Assembly (NCBI GenBank): GCA_030390025.1
Contig: CM059432.1
Location: 65,288,001 to 65,352,000, forward strand
Reading direction: 5' to 3'
Origin: Squalus acanthias
Taxonomy: Eukaryota
Length of the DNA: 64,000 nucleotides
The notes under the pieces were generated by a model. That model made no database searches. It was not told the DNA's origin and worked only from the letters and a program-made list of their open reading frames with translations. A program made the translations under genes and the position numbers. Shown piece by piece: positions 14,016 to 27,017 of this stretch. The number at the start of each line of letters is the position of its first letter. Position 1 is the stretch's first letter.

Positions 14016-14514
14016 TAGATGTGGCTCAACTATTAAAATGGTTCGGGCCTCCCGCTGCTGCCCTCAAGCGAGCATAGCGTATTCCTCACTCACTCACTGC
14101 CTGCTCGATTTGTCACCAGTGTTGACAATTGCCCCAATATCACAGATCACAGTGTAAACTGTTATCCTCTCGAGCATTAAATCAAATATTCAGTTTAAAT
14201 CTGGAAAGAAACTTAAGTTCATTAAAAAAGCGTCCAAGCAGAATGGTAGTTATTTGCCTGAATGCATTGGAAGGGAAATCACGTCTACTGCAGAGTCCAA
14301 ACTGCTAGGGAAGAAGATAAGGCAGATTAAATGGAATCAAAAACAAGTAATTATTCATTATTTACACCACATGTGTGGACAGAATATTGATTGTTTACTT
14401 GCAGTGATTTATTTGTGAAACTGGCATTTACTTTTAAATTTGTGTGATGCATAAGTTATGTATAAGATTAAGCAACAATAGGGTCCTTTCAGCTATTTTA
14501 TCTCACAAAAGCAC

Positions 14515-15300
14515 TGGGTTCGATTTTCATGTGGAGCATATATCTGGCAGATGGTGGGCAGGGCATCTGCTCTGTCTGCTTGTCAGTGGCATGCCCGATC
14601 AATTTTCCTGGTCGGGCCTCATTTGTATACAACAGTCAAGCTGCCAGCGCTAATCACGCTCCTTATAGGCAACTTACAGATTAGGAGGGTGGTAAATCCG
14701 TTGGGGCGGCTGCCACTTAAAGGCAGGCAGCAGTCCTTAAAAGGGAGGTGCACTTTTCATTGGTAGTCAGTGGAAAGCAAGTTGTTGAAGCAGTATGCCC
14801 CCCAACTCGCTGAAGCAGCCGGGATGTTGTTCATGGAACAAGTGGTACCCCATCAAATCAGCTTGAGGCAATGGAGAGAGGTGGCTGAGCAGGTCCATGT
14901 CACCAGCATCGTTCCCAGGACCTATCTCCAGTGCAGGAAGATATTTAGATGACCTCATAAGGGCTGCCAAGATAAGACTCTCCCCTCACATCTTTCATAC
15001 TCTATGTATAGCCCTGCACCAGCCTACTTTAGTTCCAGTACCATCAAGCCTTCCCTCAACCACTTGCTATGCCTATCCTCCAGTCACAACAGGACACTTT
15101 ACTGTGCCTCCTGCTGCCTGCACTCATACACACAACACCACACTCTACACTTGCTACTGCCCTCCAAACTATCTGTCCCTTGACCACACCTGCTGCTTCT
15201 TCCTCTCAGCATGCACAATATGCTAAACTGCCTCACACATCTTCAAAACCCTTCAACAGGACACACATTAACTGACTGCTGTTCTTCTTGCAGAAGGGAG
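14515..15300 (+). mobile_element. Degraded PIF/Harbinger fragment (Myb/SANT-like gene exon)
   Basis: WREVAEQVHVTSIVPRTYLQCRKIF..DLIRAAK resembles Harbinger Myb/SANT proteins. Confidence 0.55.
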
Positions 15301-15359
15301 AACCAAATGGAGACTTGAAGAACTAAAGGATGTTCTACTACACTGCAAACTCCAACACT

Positions 15360-15930
15360 GATGTTGTATAGAGCCTTGTTGAAACCGTGTCTGGAGTACT
15401 GCATTCAGTTCTGGGCACTACATCTCAGAAAGGGTATTACTGGACGTGAGAGGGGGTGCAGCGCAGATTCACCAGAATGATACTGGGGTTAAGGGTCAAA
15501 TTATGACAACAGGTTGTATAAACTTGGCTTATATTACCTTGAGTACAGAAGATTGGAGGGTAATCTAAGCAAGGTCTTTTAAAATGATAAAATGATTTGA
15601 TAGGGTAGATAAAGAGAAACAATTTTCTCTGGTGGGAAAACCATAACAATGGGGCATAATCTTAAAATTAGAGCTTGGCCATTCAGGAGTGAAATCAGGA
15701 AGCACCTCTTCACACAAAGGGTAGTCAAAATCTGGAACTTTCTCTGCCAAAAGGCTGTGGATACTAGGACAATTGGAGCTTTCAAGACTGAGATATAGAT
15801 ATTTGTTAGGTAAGGGTATCAGGGTATATGGAGCAAAAGCAGGAAAATTGACTTGAGGAGCAGATCAGCCATGAACTATTTGAATGGTGGAGCAGGCTCG
15901 AGGGACTGAATGGCCTAATCCTGTTCCTAT
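15360..15930 (+). mobile_element. CR1 LINE 3' fragment
   Basis: Homologous to 39955-40510. Confidence 0.8.
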
Positions 15931-16199
15931 TGTGGAGGGCTGCACAATTCATATCCTTCCAAATAGATGCAGAAGAAGGAGAGCTATCCAGTTCCACAGA
16001 CTACTTGCCAATCAGTAAATTTGGGGCTTGGAGTCCAACCAAGTTAAAATAGATAAATTTTCAACATCCTGCTCCTATTTCAATTAGATTACCCAGCTCA
16101 TACATTGGACTAAAAGATTTTTAAGGTTTAGTATCCAAGAATGTTTGAAATTCTTTAACCCATTGTGAACTTAGATTCCAACAAAGAATTGCTCAATTT

Positions 16200-16610
16200 T
16201 TTATTTATTTATTCCTGGGATGTGGGCATCACTGGCAAGGCCAGCATTTATTACCCATCCCTAATTGCCTTTGAGAAGGTGGTGGTGAGCCGACTTCTTG
16301 AACCGCTGCAGTCCGTGTGGTGAAGGTACTCCCACAGTGCTGTTAGGGAGGAAGTTCTAGGATGTTGACCCAGCGATGATGAAGGATCGGCGATATATTT
16401 CCAAGTAAGGATGGTGTGTGACTTGGAGGGGAACTTGGAGGTGGTGCTGCCCTTATCCTTCTAGGTGGAAGAGGTCGCGGGTTTGGGAGGTGCTGTCGAA
16501 GAAGCGTTGGCGAGTTGCTGCAGTGCATCTTGTAGATGGTACACACTGTAGCCACGGTGCGCCAGTGGTGGAGGGAGTGGATGCTTAAGATGGTGGATGG
16601 TGTGCCATTC
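16200..16610 (-). mobile_element. 3' end of a second LINE family (CR1/L2 group)
   Basis: HSLHHWRTVA..CTIYKMHC..LLRQHLP peptide; tail shared with 24140-24320, 43600-43770 and 49330-49435. Confidence 0.75.
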
Positions 16611-16639
16611 ACTACCTTAAGTAACCTTGGAAGTAACAA

Positions 16640-17350
16640 TGTATGTGCAGTAGACAAGGATATGGAACAATTATCAGAGATAACTGTAGAAAAGAAATTG
16701 GTTCTAAAAAAATGAGTAGAACTCAGTAAGTCACTTGGTCCTGCTAGCATGCAGCATAGACTGTTGAAAGAATTCAGAGATGAGATAGCAGAGGTTCTGG
16801 CCACAACTTTTTAATCCTCCTTAAATGTGCAAATTATGTCATGGGAGTGGAGAGTAGCCAATGCAACACCTTTGTTCAAGAAATTAGAGAAGGATAAACC
16901 AGGTAACTACAGATCAGTTAGTCTAACGTCAGTTTTGGGCAAAGTCATAGAAGCATTAATTTGAGATAAAATTAGTTTGCATTTAGAAATGCATGGATTA
17001 ATCAAGGACAGCCAGTAAGGATTTGTTAAAGGCAAGTTGTGTTGAAAAACATTAAGAGAGTCTTTTGAAGAAGTGACCAACTGGTTAGAAAATGGGAATG
17101 CATTAGTTGCAACATAAATGGATTTTCAGAAGGTGTTCAGTAATATGCCTCACAAGCGACTTGTTTAAAAAATTGAGGCATGGGGTATAAGAGAAAATAA
17201 GCAATATGGATAGAAGGTTGGTTGAGAGATAGGAAACAAAGAGTAAGGGTAAATGTGTATTGCTTAGATTGGAAAAAGGGTTGAAAATGTTATATCATAG
17301 GCTCAATGCTTTTGTTCTTGGTATATATAGATAATTTGGACATGAGCATA
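16640..17350 (+). mobile_element. Degraded CR1 RT fragment
   Basis: WRVANATPLFKK..GNYRSVSLTSV and MDFQKVF motifs readable on the + strand. Confidence 0.75.
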
Positions 17351-17364
17351 GCAAGCACAGTGCT

Positions 17365-18420
17365 ACCCCAGTGGCTGCAGCATGGCTGGTGGAAGGCTGC
17401 TGACTTTGCGTGGGGGACACTTTAGATGGGGTCTTAAGCTGAAATGCTGGTTTAGCACATGCTTAGCTTAAGACGCCATCTTGGTAAGGGAGTTGAAGCT
17501 TGCACAAGGAACGGCCACCCGGAGGCTCTATAGCGCCACCTAGAGGCTTGTTAAACAGCTGATTGCCACTTAAAATGCCTGCTAGCGCTCATTAATGAGG
17601 TGGCACAGCATTTTGGTGGCTAGCGCATGACCTCACGCCCTCTCCTAACAGCGATCAGAAGTCGTTGCTGAGGATTTTGAGCACTGCTTAAAGGCATATC
17701 ACCTTTTACTGTTCACTTGCTGCTGGAGGACTTTTGAAACACATCGGGAGACTTTCTGGGACACTTTGTCAAGACTTCACCAACATTCTATCAACATTTA
17801 TTCTGGAAATTCTCTGAGAACTCCAACTGAAAGGAGTGAGAGCTGTGCTACTCTACCTTATTGGACACCTTATAGGAGTCACCAGGAGAAAGGGCGTGTT
17901 TGTCATGGGCATCTTGCTAGGGGTCCCCCTTGGTCTGCAGGAGTAATGGGAGGTGAACATGAGGTCAGGCAGAGCATCACCAGCTGCTGCAGGAGAGAGG
18001 GACAGGAATGATAGGAGGGCGAGGTGGACTCCTTCCCCCCTGTGGGAACAGGACATTCCTCCTCCTCTGGACCTCCTCCACCAGGACCTCCAGTGCCACA
18101 TCCGAGAACCTGTGCACCCTCTCCTCGGTCCCTGAGCCATCCTGAAACGTGCTGCTGTGTGTCAGCCAGCACACTCCACACGTTCAGTGGAAATGGGTGC
18201 AAGAAGCCCACATACACTGCTCCACTAAAATTGTCTCTAATCAGTGCTTGAGTGCTAAACCTGCAGGTGTCTGTTTAGCACCTCCAAGCAAGTTCAAATT
18301 ATGGCAATTAGCAATTAGGACCAAAATTGTGCGCTAAAACCAGACTTTCAAATAGGTGTGTCTTATTAGCACAGTATCCATTTAGCACCTGTTTTCACCC
18401 TTTCACCAAAATAACCCCCT
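17365..18420. mobile_element. Internally deleted PIF/Harbinger element
   Basis: Minus-strand ERVHRFSDVALEVLVEEVQRRRNVLFPQGG is a typical Harbinger Myb/SANT N-terminus. Confidence 0.6.
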
Positions 18421-18542
18421 TCATCTACACAACAAATTAAAATCAATTAAGGTAAGATCCTCAAGAATCAATGCATTTTTTTTATTCAACCTCGGCCTAT
18501 GGGAGTCTCTGGCAAAGCCAGCATTATTATTACGCATTATTA

Positions 18543-18900
18543 AAAGAAAGACTTGCATTTATATAGCGCCTTTCACGACCACCAGACGTCTCAAAGCGTT
18601 TTACAGCCAATGAAGTACTTTTGAAGTGGAGTCACTGTTGTAATGTGGGAAACGCGGCAGCTCCCACTAACATCAATGTGATAATGACCAGATAATCTTT
18701 TTTGTTATGTTGATTGAGGGATAAATATTGGCCAGGATACCGGGGATAACTCCCCTGCTCTTCTTCGAAATAGTGCCACAGGATCTTTTACATCCACCTG
18801 AGAGAGCAGACAGGACCTCGGTTTAACACCGCATCCGAAAGACGGCACCTCCGACAGTGCAGCACTCCCTCAGTACTGCACTGGAGTGTCAGCCTAGATT
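18543..18900 (-). mobile_element. DeuSINE (SacSINE1-like), 5'-truncated
   Basis: Deu-domain sequence GTGCTGCACTGTCGGAGGTGCCGTCTTTCGGATG on the minus strand; (CTTT)n tail. Confidence 0.85.
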
Positions 18901-18999
18901 TATACTTTGTAAAATTTCATCCACTTATGTCTTTACGTCTGCTTGGCATCTGTGTCTTATCTTTTTTACTGTTGGTACCTGTGATTGCAGATGAAGTCC

Positions 19000-19490
19000 A
19001 ACAACAACAACTTGCATTTATAGAACTCCTTTAACATAAAAATGAAAGCGCATGAAAAACGAAAGCGCATGAAAAATGGGCACGGAGACTGGAAAAATAA
19101 ATTAAGAGAGATAACCAAAAGTTTGGTCGAAGAGATGGGTTTTGAGGCGTTTTTTCAACGGAGGAGAGAGAAGAGGACAACTGAGGTTTAGTGAGGCAGT
19201 TCCAAAGAGTAGGACCCAGGTGTCTGAAGGTGGGGCAAAGAGAGGCAGAATTTCACAATAGACTGAAGTCAGAACAACATAGAGTAGGAGGGGGAGGGGT
19301 GGATATATAACTGAAGGAGATTGCAAAGAAAGGATGGGACGAGTCCACAGAGGAATTTAAATATGAGGACAATCATTTAAACCTGAGGCATTGAGGGATG
19401 GGAAGCCAATGTATACCAACAAGGACTTGGGTGAAGGGTGAGCAGGACTTAGTGCTGGACAGGATAAGTGCAGCAACAATTTGGATAAGT
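19000..19490 (-). mobile_element. L2-like LINE 3' fragment
   Basis: ..HWLPIPQCLRFK and KKRLKTHLFDQ peptides, (GTT)n tail; related fragments at 33015-33175, 35350-35465 and 38818-39065. Confidence 0.65.
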
Positions 19491-19887
19491 TGGAGTTCGA
19501 TATAAATACTCCCTTCATTTACATGATACATGCAATAGCTCACTTGATTATTTTTTGGGATTATGGAGTATTTATGTTGAACTTCCCCTAAAGAGATTAA
19601 ATGGGTGGGATAGAGTCCACGATTGAGTTGATCAGACATGGTTGGAGAAAGCAGGTTTGATGGGTTCTCATTCCAAGCATTGTAATGTTGATATGTTAGG
19701 TCTATAAATGCAGTCTGCAGTAATGGTCATAGTTTATCAATGAAGGTTATGAATTTGATGACTGAATCATAAGAAAGTCCAAATGTCCAAATGCAGAGGT
19801 TCATGTAGCTGCACATGCCTGTTTATGTATACGTTATTAGCAGAATGGGCACACTGATTTGTTCTCTCTGTCTAATATGGACACTTA

Positions 19888-20539
19888 GGGGGAAAAATTT
19901 GGTGTTGACGATTTTGGGGTGCTAACATCGCCTGGGCGTTAATTAGCGACCGCAAAATTGAGTTTTAATGCCCCAAGAGGGAAGTGGAGCACGGGGCGAA
20001 GACATCAGCAGCGCTGCCGTATTCGAAGGCTCCTTCCCTCCCTTAAAGGGAAGGGCCATCGCTGCAGGCTCTGCAATTTAAAAAGTACCCACCTGGACCA
20101 CCAAGGCAGCCGCGATCCCGCACGATCAGCCCAGCACTCAAGCAGAGTGCCAGGCTGATCGATCGCAGGCAGAAACCCGCGAAAAAACCTTGAACAAGAA
20201 AGGTAAGTTGTTTTTTTACTTACCTCGGCCACCTCGCCTTTAATCATCGCCCCCGAAGCGGACGGCCGCCCGATGCACGCCTCCCGCAGCTGTCAGTGTT
20301 TTTGACTGGCGCTGCTGCAGGGGGCGGAAGTCAATTTCGGGTCCGGGGCGGACCGGAGCGATGCGCACGGCGATGGCGTCACGATCTCCAGGCGATGGTG
20401 ATTGGGGCGCAACGCCGTAGCGCCGCCGCAAAACTCCTGCCAAATATGGCGGGAGTCGATATCAGCGTCGCGCCCGGTCGCAAAGCCATTTGAACCCCGT
20501 TAGTTAACAGGAGGTGCAAAGGCAACGAATTTCACCCCC
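19888..20539. mobile_element. CpG-rich MITE, PIF/Harbinger-type
   Basis: TTA TSD on both sides; imperfect TIRs GGGGGAAAAATTT / GAATTTCACCCCC; related to 42546-43283. Confidence 0.85.
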
Positions 20540-21279
20540 TTAGATAAACAGGACATTTTGCTTACTATAAGGATGTTTTCTTTAAGAAGATTCTAATGTA
20601 TTACAAAATATTAGATTTTTTTCATCATTTGATGTAAATTGTCCTAACTTTGAAAATTCAGCGAGAAACATATTGATTTGATCTGTGCGCATCTGGAAAT
20701 CATATCATTCTAGCTTTTATTGAACAAAACCTGTTATTTTGGTCTCTGGATTTGCTTATGTGGATTATTGTTTGCCTTTATAACAGTTACTCCAGTTACC
20801 ATTTGTTTCACTGAAAAGAACTAATAAATTAAGGGTACAAATGTTATTGTATGAATAAGATTAACTGCAGAATTTACAAAGGCTTCTCAAAAGTGGGATA
20901 AAAAGAGTATTCTCCATTAATACATTGAATATGTTATTAAAAGCACTTTATTGCTGTATTACTTTTCAAAATTTAATGCAGTGCAGACTATTTTGGGAAG
21001 GTTTCATTCAAAAGTGACAAGCATAATACAGGATTTAGGGTGCTAAACTATGAGGTAAGATGTGCAGAGCTGAGACTGTTTTTGATTGATGAAGAAAAAG
21101 TTCCAGATCGTTAAAATACTGAGAGGTAAACTCTGACTGAGGTGGTGATTACAAAACAAGAGAATTCAGGCTCAAACAAGTCTTAAGCATGAGTAGAGTT
21201 TCAAAGATTTTGGCTCTGAATTTCCATGGGCTGCGATTCCAGCACTTACACCAGGATCGGTCATCAGATTAATTATACA

Positions 21280-23595
21280 AGCCCTATAATTAACCACCAA
21301 TTATAGTCCTTTCAGCCTCCTCCCAGTCATCAGCAAAGTGATGGAAGGAGTCATCAATAGTGCCATCAAGTAGCAACTACTCACTGTTAACCTGCTGACT
21401 GTTGCTCATTTCGGGTTCCACCAGAACCACTCGGCTCCAGATCTCGTCAAAGCCTTGATCCAGATGTGGATGCAAAAGCAGCAAGCCAGAGGAGAGGAGA
21501 AAGTAGCTGTCCTCAACAACAAGGCAGCATTTGACCGAGTATGACACCAAGGAGAGCTAACAGAATTGAAGTCAACGTGGGGGGGAGGGAGGTGTCAAGA
21601 AGATAAACACTCCAGTGGCTAGAGTCATACCTGACACGCAGGAAGATGGTTGTGATTGTCAGAGGCCAATCAGCACAGCCCCAGGACATTGCTACGGAAT
21701 CACATAGGCCGGAATTTTGCCGGTCCTCAGAGTGCGGGATTGGAGGCGGGAACGCAGTCAAAATGGCAAAGATTGACAGCTGGTAGGAAACCCGCTGTCA
21801 ACCCTCCTCCAATCAATCTTCCCAAGTGTCGGGTCCCCGATTTGCGCATGGACCCGACACCTAGCGGCGGGAAGAAGATTATAACCACTTACCTGGCTGT
21901 TAACAGGTACCTGATACTTGTTAACAGGCTCTTTTTCAATTTTGCCGCTTCTGCCTCGGGTTCCCCGACATCCGGACACAAGGCCAGGTAAGTGTGGTGT
22001 GTTGTGAGTCTGCTGTAATGTTTGTGCATTGATGACAGCTGCAGAAGTGGTGTGAAGGATCCAATGGTACACTGGTGAGTTTCAGAGGTAAGGAAATGTT
22101 GGGAAAATCATTTTTAATGCATTTACACTTTTCTGTAGGTAGCAAGTTTTGAATTGGCTGTCTAGTCCCACCTCATGGGGAGAACCTCTCTCACCAGTGA
22201 TAGATCGCTTCTGTAACCTCACCTGCAGCTGCCATCTGTTCTAGCCTAAGGAGGGAGTCACTGGAGAGCCTGGGTGCAAGAGCTCACCTGTGAACAGTCA
22301 TTGTCAGTGTTTGCAGCACCTCAATGCTGTCAAACACTGAGAAATGAGCTGTCAAAGAAAAATTGTGTGTGGTCCCTTTAAGAAAACCGGTAGATGACTC
22401 GTCATCAAATGACGTCATCTGACCGGCTTCCTCTTAATTGGCTGGCAAGCCCGCAGGGCGGGCTTAACAACGCCAATCAACGTAAATACATGTCCGTTGG
22501 CCGGATACGGTGGACGGGCGCTAACCTTTTCGGGGCGCTACATTACCCAATTTTTCCCCCTTACTTTCCCAGGAGTGTGTGGCCTCCTTATTCTTCCGAC
22601 CAAAATATACCACCTCACATTTATCTATATTGAAGTTCATTTGCCAATTACATGCCCATTCTGCAAGTTTATTAATGTCTTTCTGTATTTTGTCGCAGTC
22701 CACCTCAGTATTGACTACACACCCTAATTCGGTGTCAACCTCAAATTTTTAAACTGTGCTTCCGATTTCCGAGTCCAACTCATTTATGTAAATGGTGAAC
22801 AACAGTAGTCCCAGCACCAATCCTTGTGGAACACCACTTCTCATCTTAGGGCACTGTTCTTGGCCCAACCATCTTCAGCTGCATCATCCATAACCTTCAC
22901 TCCATCATATGGTCAGGAGTGGGGCTCATGACTTATGAGTCCCCAGTGTTCAGCTTTGTTCACAACTCCTTCGATAGGCCAGCCTACAGCAGGACTCGGA
23001 CAATATCCAGGTTTGGGAAGTGGCAAGTAAAATTTGCACCACAAAACTACCAAGTAATGATCAACACGAACAAGCCAAATCACCTCTCACTGACCTTCAA
23101 TGGCATCTCCATTGCCATGTTCCTCACCATTAACATCTTAGGGGTCTTCACTAACTCGAAGCTTAACTCGACCAGCCAGATCAATACCATGGCTACAAGG
23201 ACTGGGCAGAGGCTGGGTATTCTGGTAAGTAACTACTTTTCTGTCCCCTGAAAGCCTCTTCCCCATCTATAAGGGTCAAGGCAGCAGAGTGATGGAAAAT
23301 TCACCATTCATCTGGATAGCTGCAGCCGCAACACTCAATTCAAGAAGCTCTACACCAAGACAGAACAGTTCACTTGATCGGCATGCCATGCCATGCCACC
23401 AGACTCAATCTCTCTCCACTACCAGAATATTGTAGCTGCAGTATATATCATCTGCAAGATGCACTGCAGAAAATCACCAAGCTGACTTCAACAACATCTC
23501 CCAGCCTACAACCACTACCACTGAGAAGCACAAGAGCACGATAGTCTTGGAAACACCATCACCTCTAACTGACACACCATCTTGACTTGAACAAG
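21280..23595 (+). mobile_element. Degraded LINE (second family) split by a MITE and a CR1 fragment
   Basis: NYSPFSLLPVISKVMEG at ~21300; sequence resumes at ~22850 (WQVKFAPQ..ILGV). Confidence 0.7.
21707..22535. mobile_element. Harbinger-derived MITE, right end truncated; followed by minus-strand CR1 fragment ~22540-22845
   Basis: Starts GGCCGGAATTTTGC; collinear with 31886-32721. Confidence 0.8.
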
Positions 23596-24606
23596 TAAGG
23601 GGACTCTGCTTTTCAAGGTGAGTTCCAATCGGGCGGAACTACAGCCATCCCCTCCAGATCCACCCAAACCCCTACCCATTATCCTGGGTCAGGGTATATT
23701 CTGTATGCATAATGGACTCCTGACAGGATGAAGAAGCAGAATAGGACCTTAAAAGAGCAGAAGCACCTCAAGGAAGGCAACAAGATTTCCACTGAAGGTT
23801 TCAGCCGAGACTGAGGCCTTGGGCCCAACTTGAGAGAGAGAAGGATGGTACAAGGCCCTCTCTTTCCATTAGGGGTACTCAAATTCTTTACTGCTGCTTC
23901 CAGGGGCCTAATGCCACCTTACATATGGTGACTCAGAAAGGGACAGTAAGCGGGGACCTAAGCTATGCTCTGCTGCCACCATTTTCAGGCAAGGCAAAAG
24001 TGGCCAGTGGCAGTCTTGGCAGGGGAAGGAAATTCTGGTAACAATGCTGAGGCAGCTGTAAGTCTTTCCACCAGTATTTTTCATCATTCCCCACCAAGAT
24101 CCTGTCTGATTTCAGGTGGGCTCACAGAGAAGAACTCCTCCCACATTGTCTAATTGTTGCTTGATCAAAATCCCGGAATTCCTTACTGAGCAACATTATG
24201 GAAGCACCATCATCACAAGAATTTCAGCGGTTCAAGGAGAAGGCCCACCACCGCCTTCTCAGGGCAACCAGGCATGGACAATAAATGTGATCTTGCCAGC
24301 ATTATCCATATTTTCTGAACGTAAAATGTGCGCCAGATCGGATCTTGTCAGTTTCTTGGGTTTAGTGAAAATTTCTTCCGAGCCTAATTTAGGAAGAAAC
24401 TCTGGGAAATTTCTCTTCGACCCCTGAAGGCAATCAAATAAGCTGATATCACTAGTCTGAGTTTTAAACCACTCAAAGGAACACGTCAAGCTCTCTTTTG
24501 AAGGCTTGCAGTGCATGTACTGACAATCTATCCCAGACGCTGATAACTCTTGGCAAATAGAAATATCTCCTGGCACCAACCTAACTCTATCGTTTTCTAT
24601 TGTGTA

Positions 24607-26717
24607 AACATAGAAACATAGAAGATAGGAGCAGGAGTAGGCCATTCGGCTCCTCGAGCCTGCTCCGCCATTCAATGCGATCATGGCTGATCATCCAAAT
24701 TCAGTACCCTGTCCCTGCTTTCTCCCCATATCCCTTCATCCCCGTAGCCTTAAGAAATATATCTAACTCCTTCTTGAATATATTTAATGAATTGGACTCA
24801 ACTGTCTTCTGTGGTAGAGAATTCCACAGGTTCACCACTCTCTGGGTGAAGAAATTCCTCCTCATCTCAGTCCTAAATGGCTTAACCCTTATCCTTAGAC
24901 TGTGACCCCTGGTTCTGGACTCCCCGACCATCGGGACCTTCCTTCCTGCATCTAGTCTGTCCAGTCCTGTTAGAATTTTATAAGTTTCAATGAGATCCCC
25001 TCTCATTCTTCTAAACTCGAGCGAATACAAGCCCAATCGACCCAAGCTCTCTTCATACGTCTTTCCTGCCATCCCAGGTATCAGTCTGGTGAATCTTCGC
25101 TGCACTCTCTCCATGGCAAGAACATCCTTCCTCAGATAAGGCGACCAAAACTGCATACAATACTCAAGGTGTGGTCTCACCAAGGTCCTGTACAACTGCA
25201 GCAAGACATCCTTACTCCTGTACTCGAATCCTCTCGCTATGAAGGCCATCATACCATTTGCCTTCTTAACCGCCTGCTGCACCTGCATGCTTACCTTCAG
25301 CGACTGGTGCACAAGGACACCCAGGTCTCGTTGCACTTCCCCTTTTCCCAATCTATTGCCGTTCAGATAATAATCTGCCTTCCTGTTTTTGCCACCAAAG
25401 TGGATAACCTCACATTTATTCACATTATACTGCATCTGCCATGCATCTGCCCAATCACCCAACCTGTCCAAATCATACTGGAGTTTCTCTGCATCCTCCT
25501 CACAGCACACATGCCCACCCAGCTTTGTATCGTCTGCAAACATGGAGATATTACATTTAGTTCCTCGTCTAGATCATTTATATATATTGTGAATAACTGG
25601 GGTCCGAGCACCGATCCCTGCGGTACCCCACTAGTCACTGTCTGCCACTCGGAAAAAGACCCGTTTATTCCAACTCTTTGCTTCCTGTCTGCCAACCAGT
25701 TCTCTATCCAAGACAGTACCTTACCCCCAATCCCGTGTGCTTTAACTTTGCACGCTAATCTCTTATGCGGGACCTTATCGAAAGCCTTCTGAAAGTCCAA
25801 ATACACCACATCCACTGGTTCTCCCTTATCTATTCTACCAGTTACATCCTCAAAAAATTCCAGCAGATTAGTCAAGCATGATTTACCCTTTGTAAATTCA
25901 TGTTGACTTTGTCCAATCCTGTCACTGTTTTCCAAGTGCTCTGCTATTACATCTTTTATAATGGACTCTAGCATTTTCCCCACTACCGATGTCAGGCTTA
26001 CCGGTCTATAATTCCCCATTTTCTCTCCACCACCTTTTTTAAATAGTGGGGTTACATTAGCTACCCTCCAATCCATGGGAGCTGTTCCAGAGTCCATAGA
26101 ATTTTGGAAGATGACCAGCAATGCATCTACTATTTCTAGGGCCACTTCCTTAAGTAGCCTAGGATGTAGATTATCAGGCCTTGGGGATTTATCGGCCTTC
26201 AATCCCATCAATTTCCCTAACACCATTTCCCTACAAATACTGATTTCATTCAATTCCTCCCTTTCATTAGACCCTATGTTCCCCGACATCTCTGGGAGGT
26301 TATTTGTGTCCTCCTTTGTGAAGACAAAACCAAAATATGTATTTAATTGGTCAGCCATTTCTTTGTTCCCCATTATAAATTCCCCTGATTCTGACTGCAA
26401 GGGACCTACGCTTGACTTCACCAATCTTTTTCTCTTCACGTATCTGTAGAAGCTTTTACAGTCAGTTTTTATGTTCCCTGCAAGCTTACTCTCATACTCT
26501 ATTTTCTCCCTCTTAATTAATCCCTTTGTCCTCCTTTGCTGGATCCTAAACTGCTCCCAATCCTTAGGTTTGCTGCTTTTTCAGGCCAATTTATATGTCC
26601 TCTCCTTGGATCTTATGCTATCCCTAATTTCCCTTGTTAGCCACGGTTGAGTCACCTTTTTTGTTTTATTTTTATGCCAAACAGGGATGAACAAATTCTG
26701 TAGTTCATCCATGTACT
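24607..26717 (-). mobile_element. CR1 LINE, 5'-truncated, well preserved ORF2 (RT)
   Basis: ORFs 25420-26439 and 24701-25543 ([25 protein letters not shown]) separated by one frameshift; (TTTCTATG)n tail. Confidence 0.95.
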
Positions 26718-27017
26718 GATGCCCCTTATTCTTCCCGTGTCTGTGTAGCTCAAATAACATATCCAAATAACTTGGGCAGAATCATTATTTTACAGAACTC
26801 AATTATATCCCCTCAACGTTTACAGTTTTCAAAGTAAAAATACTCACTTCTCTATGTCAGATTTCAGGACCAACGTCAGCTTGCATCAATGGTAGAACTC
26901 TCACCTCTGAGTTAGAAGGTTGTGGGCTGAAGACCTTCACCAAGACTTGATTGCATGCTCTAGGCTGACACTCCAGTGCAGTATTGAAGAAGTGCTGCAT
27001 TGTTGGAGTTGATCATC

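Noticed and set aside
19888..20539. CpG island promoter (also 42546-43283)
   Set aside because: Bounded by TIRs (and a TTA TSD here); the CpG richness reflects young MITEs.
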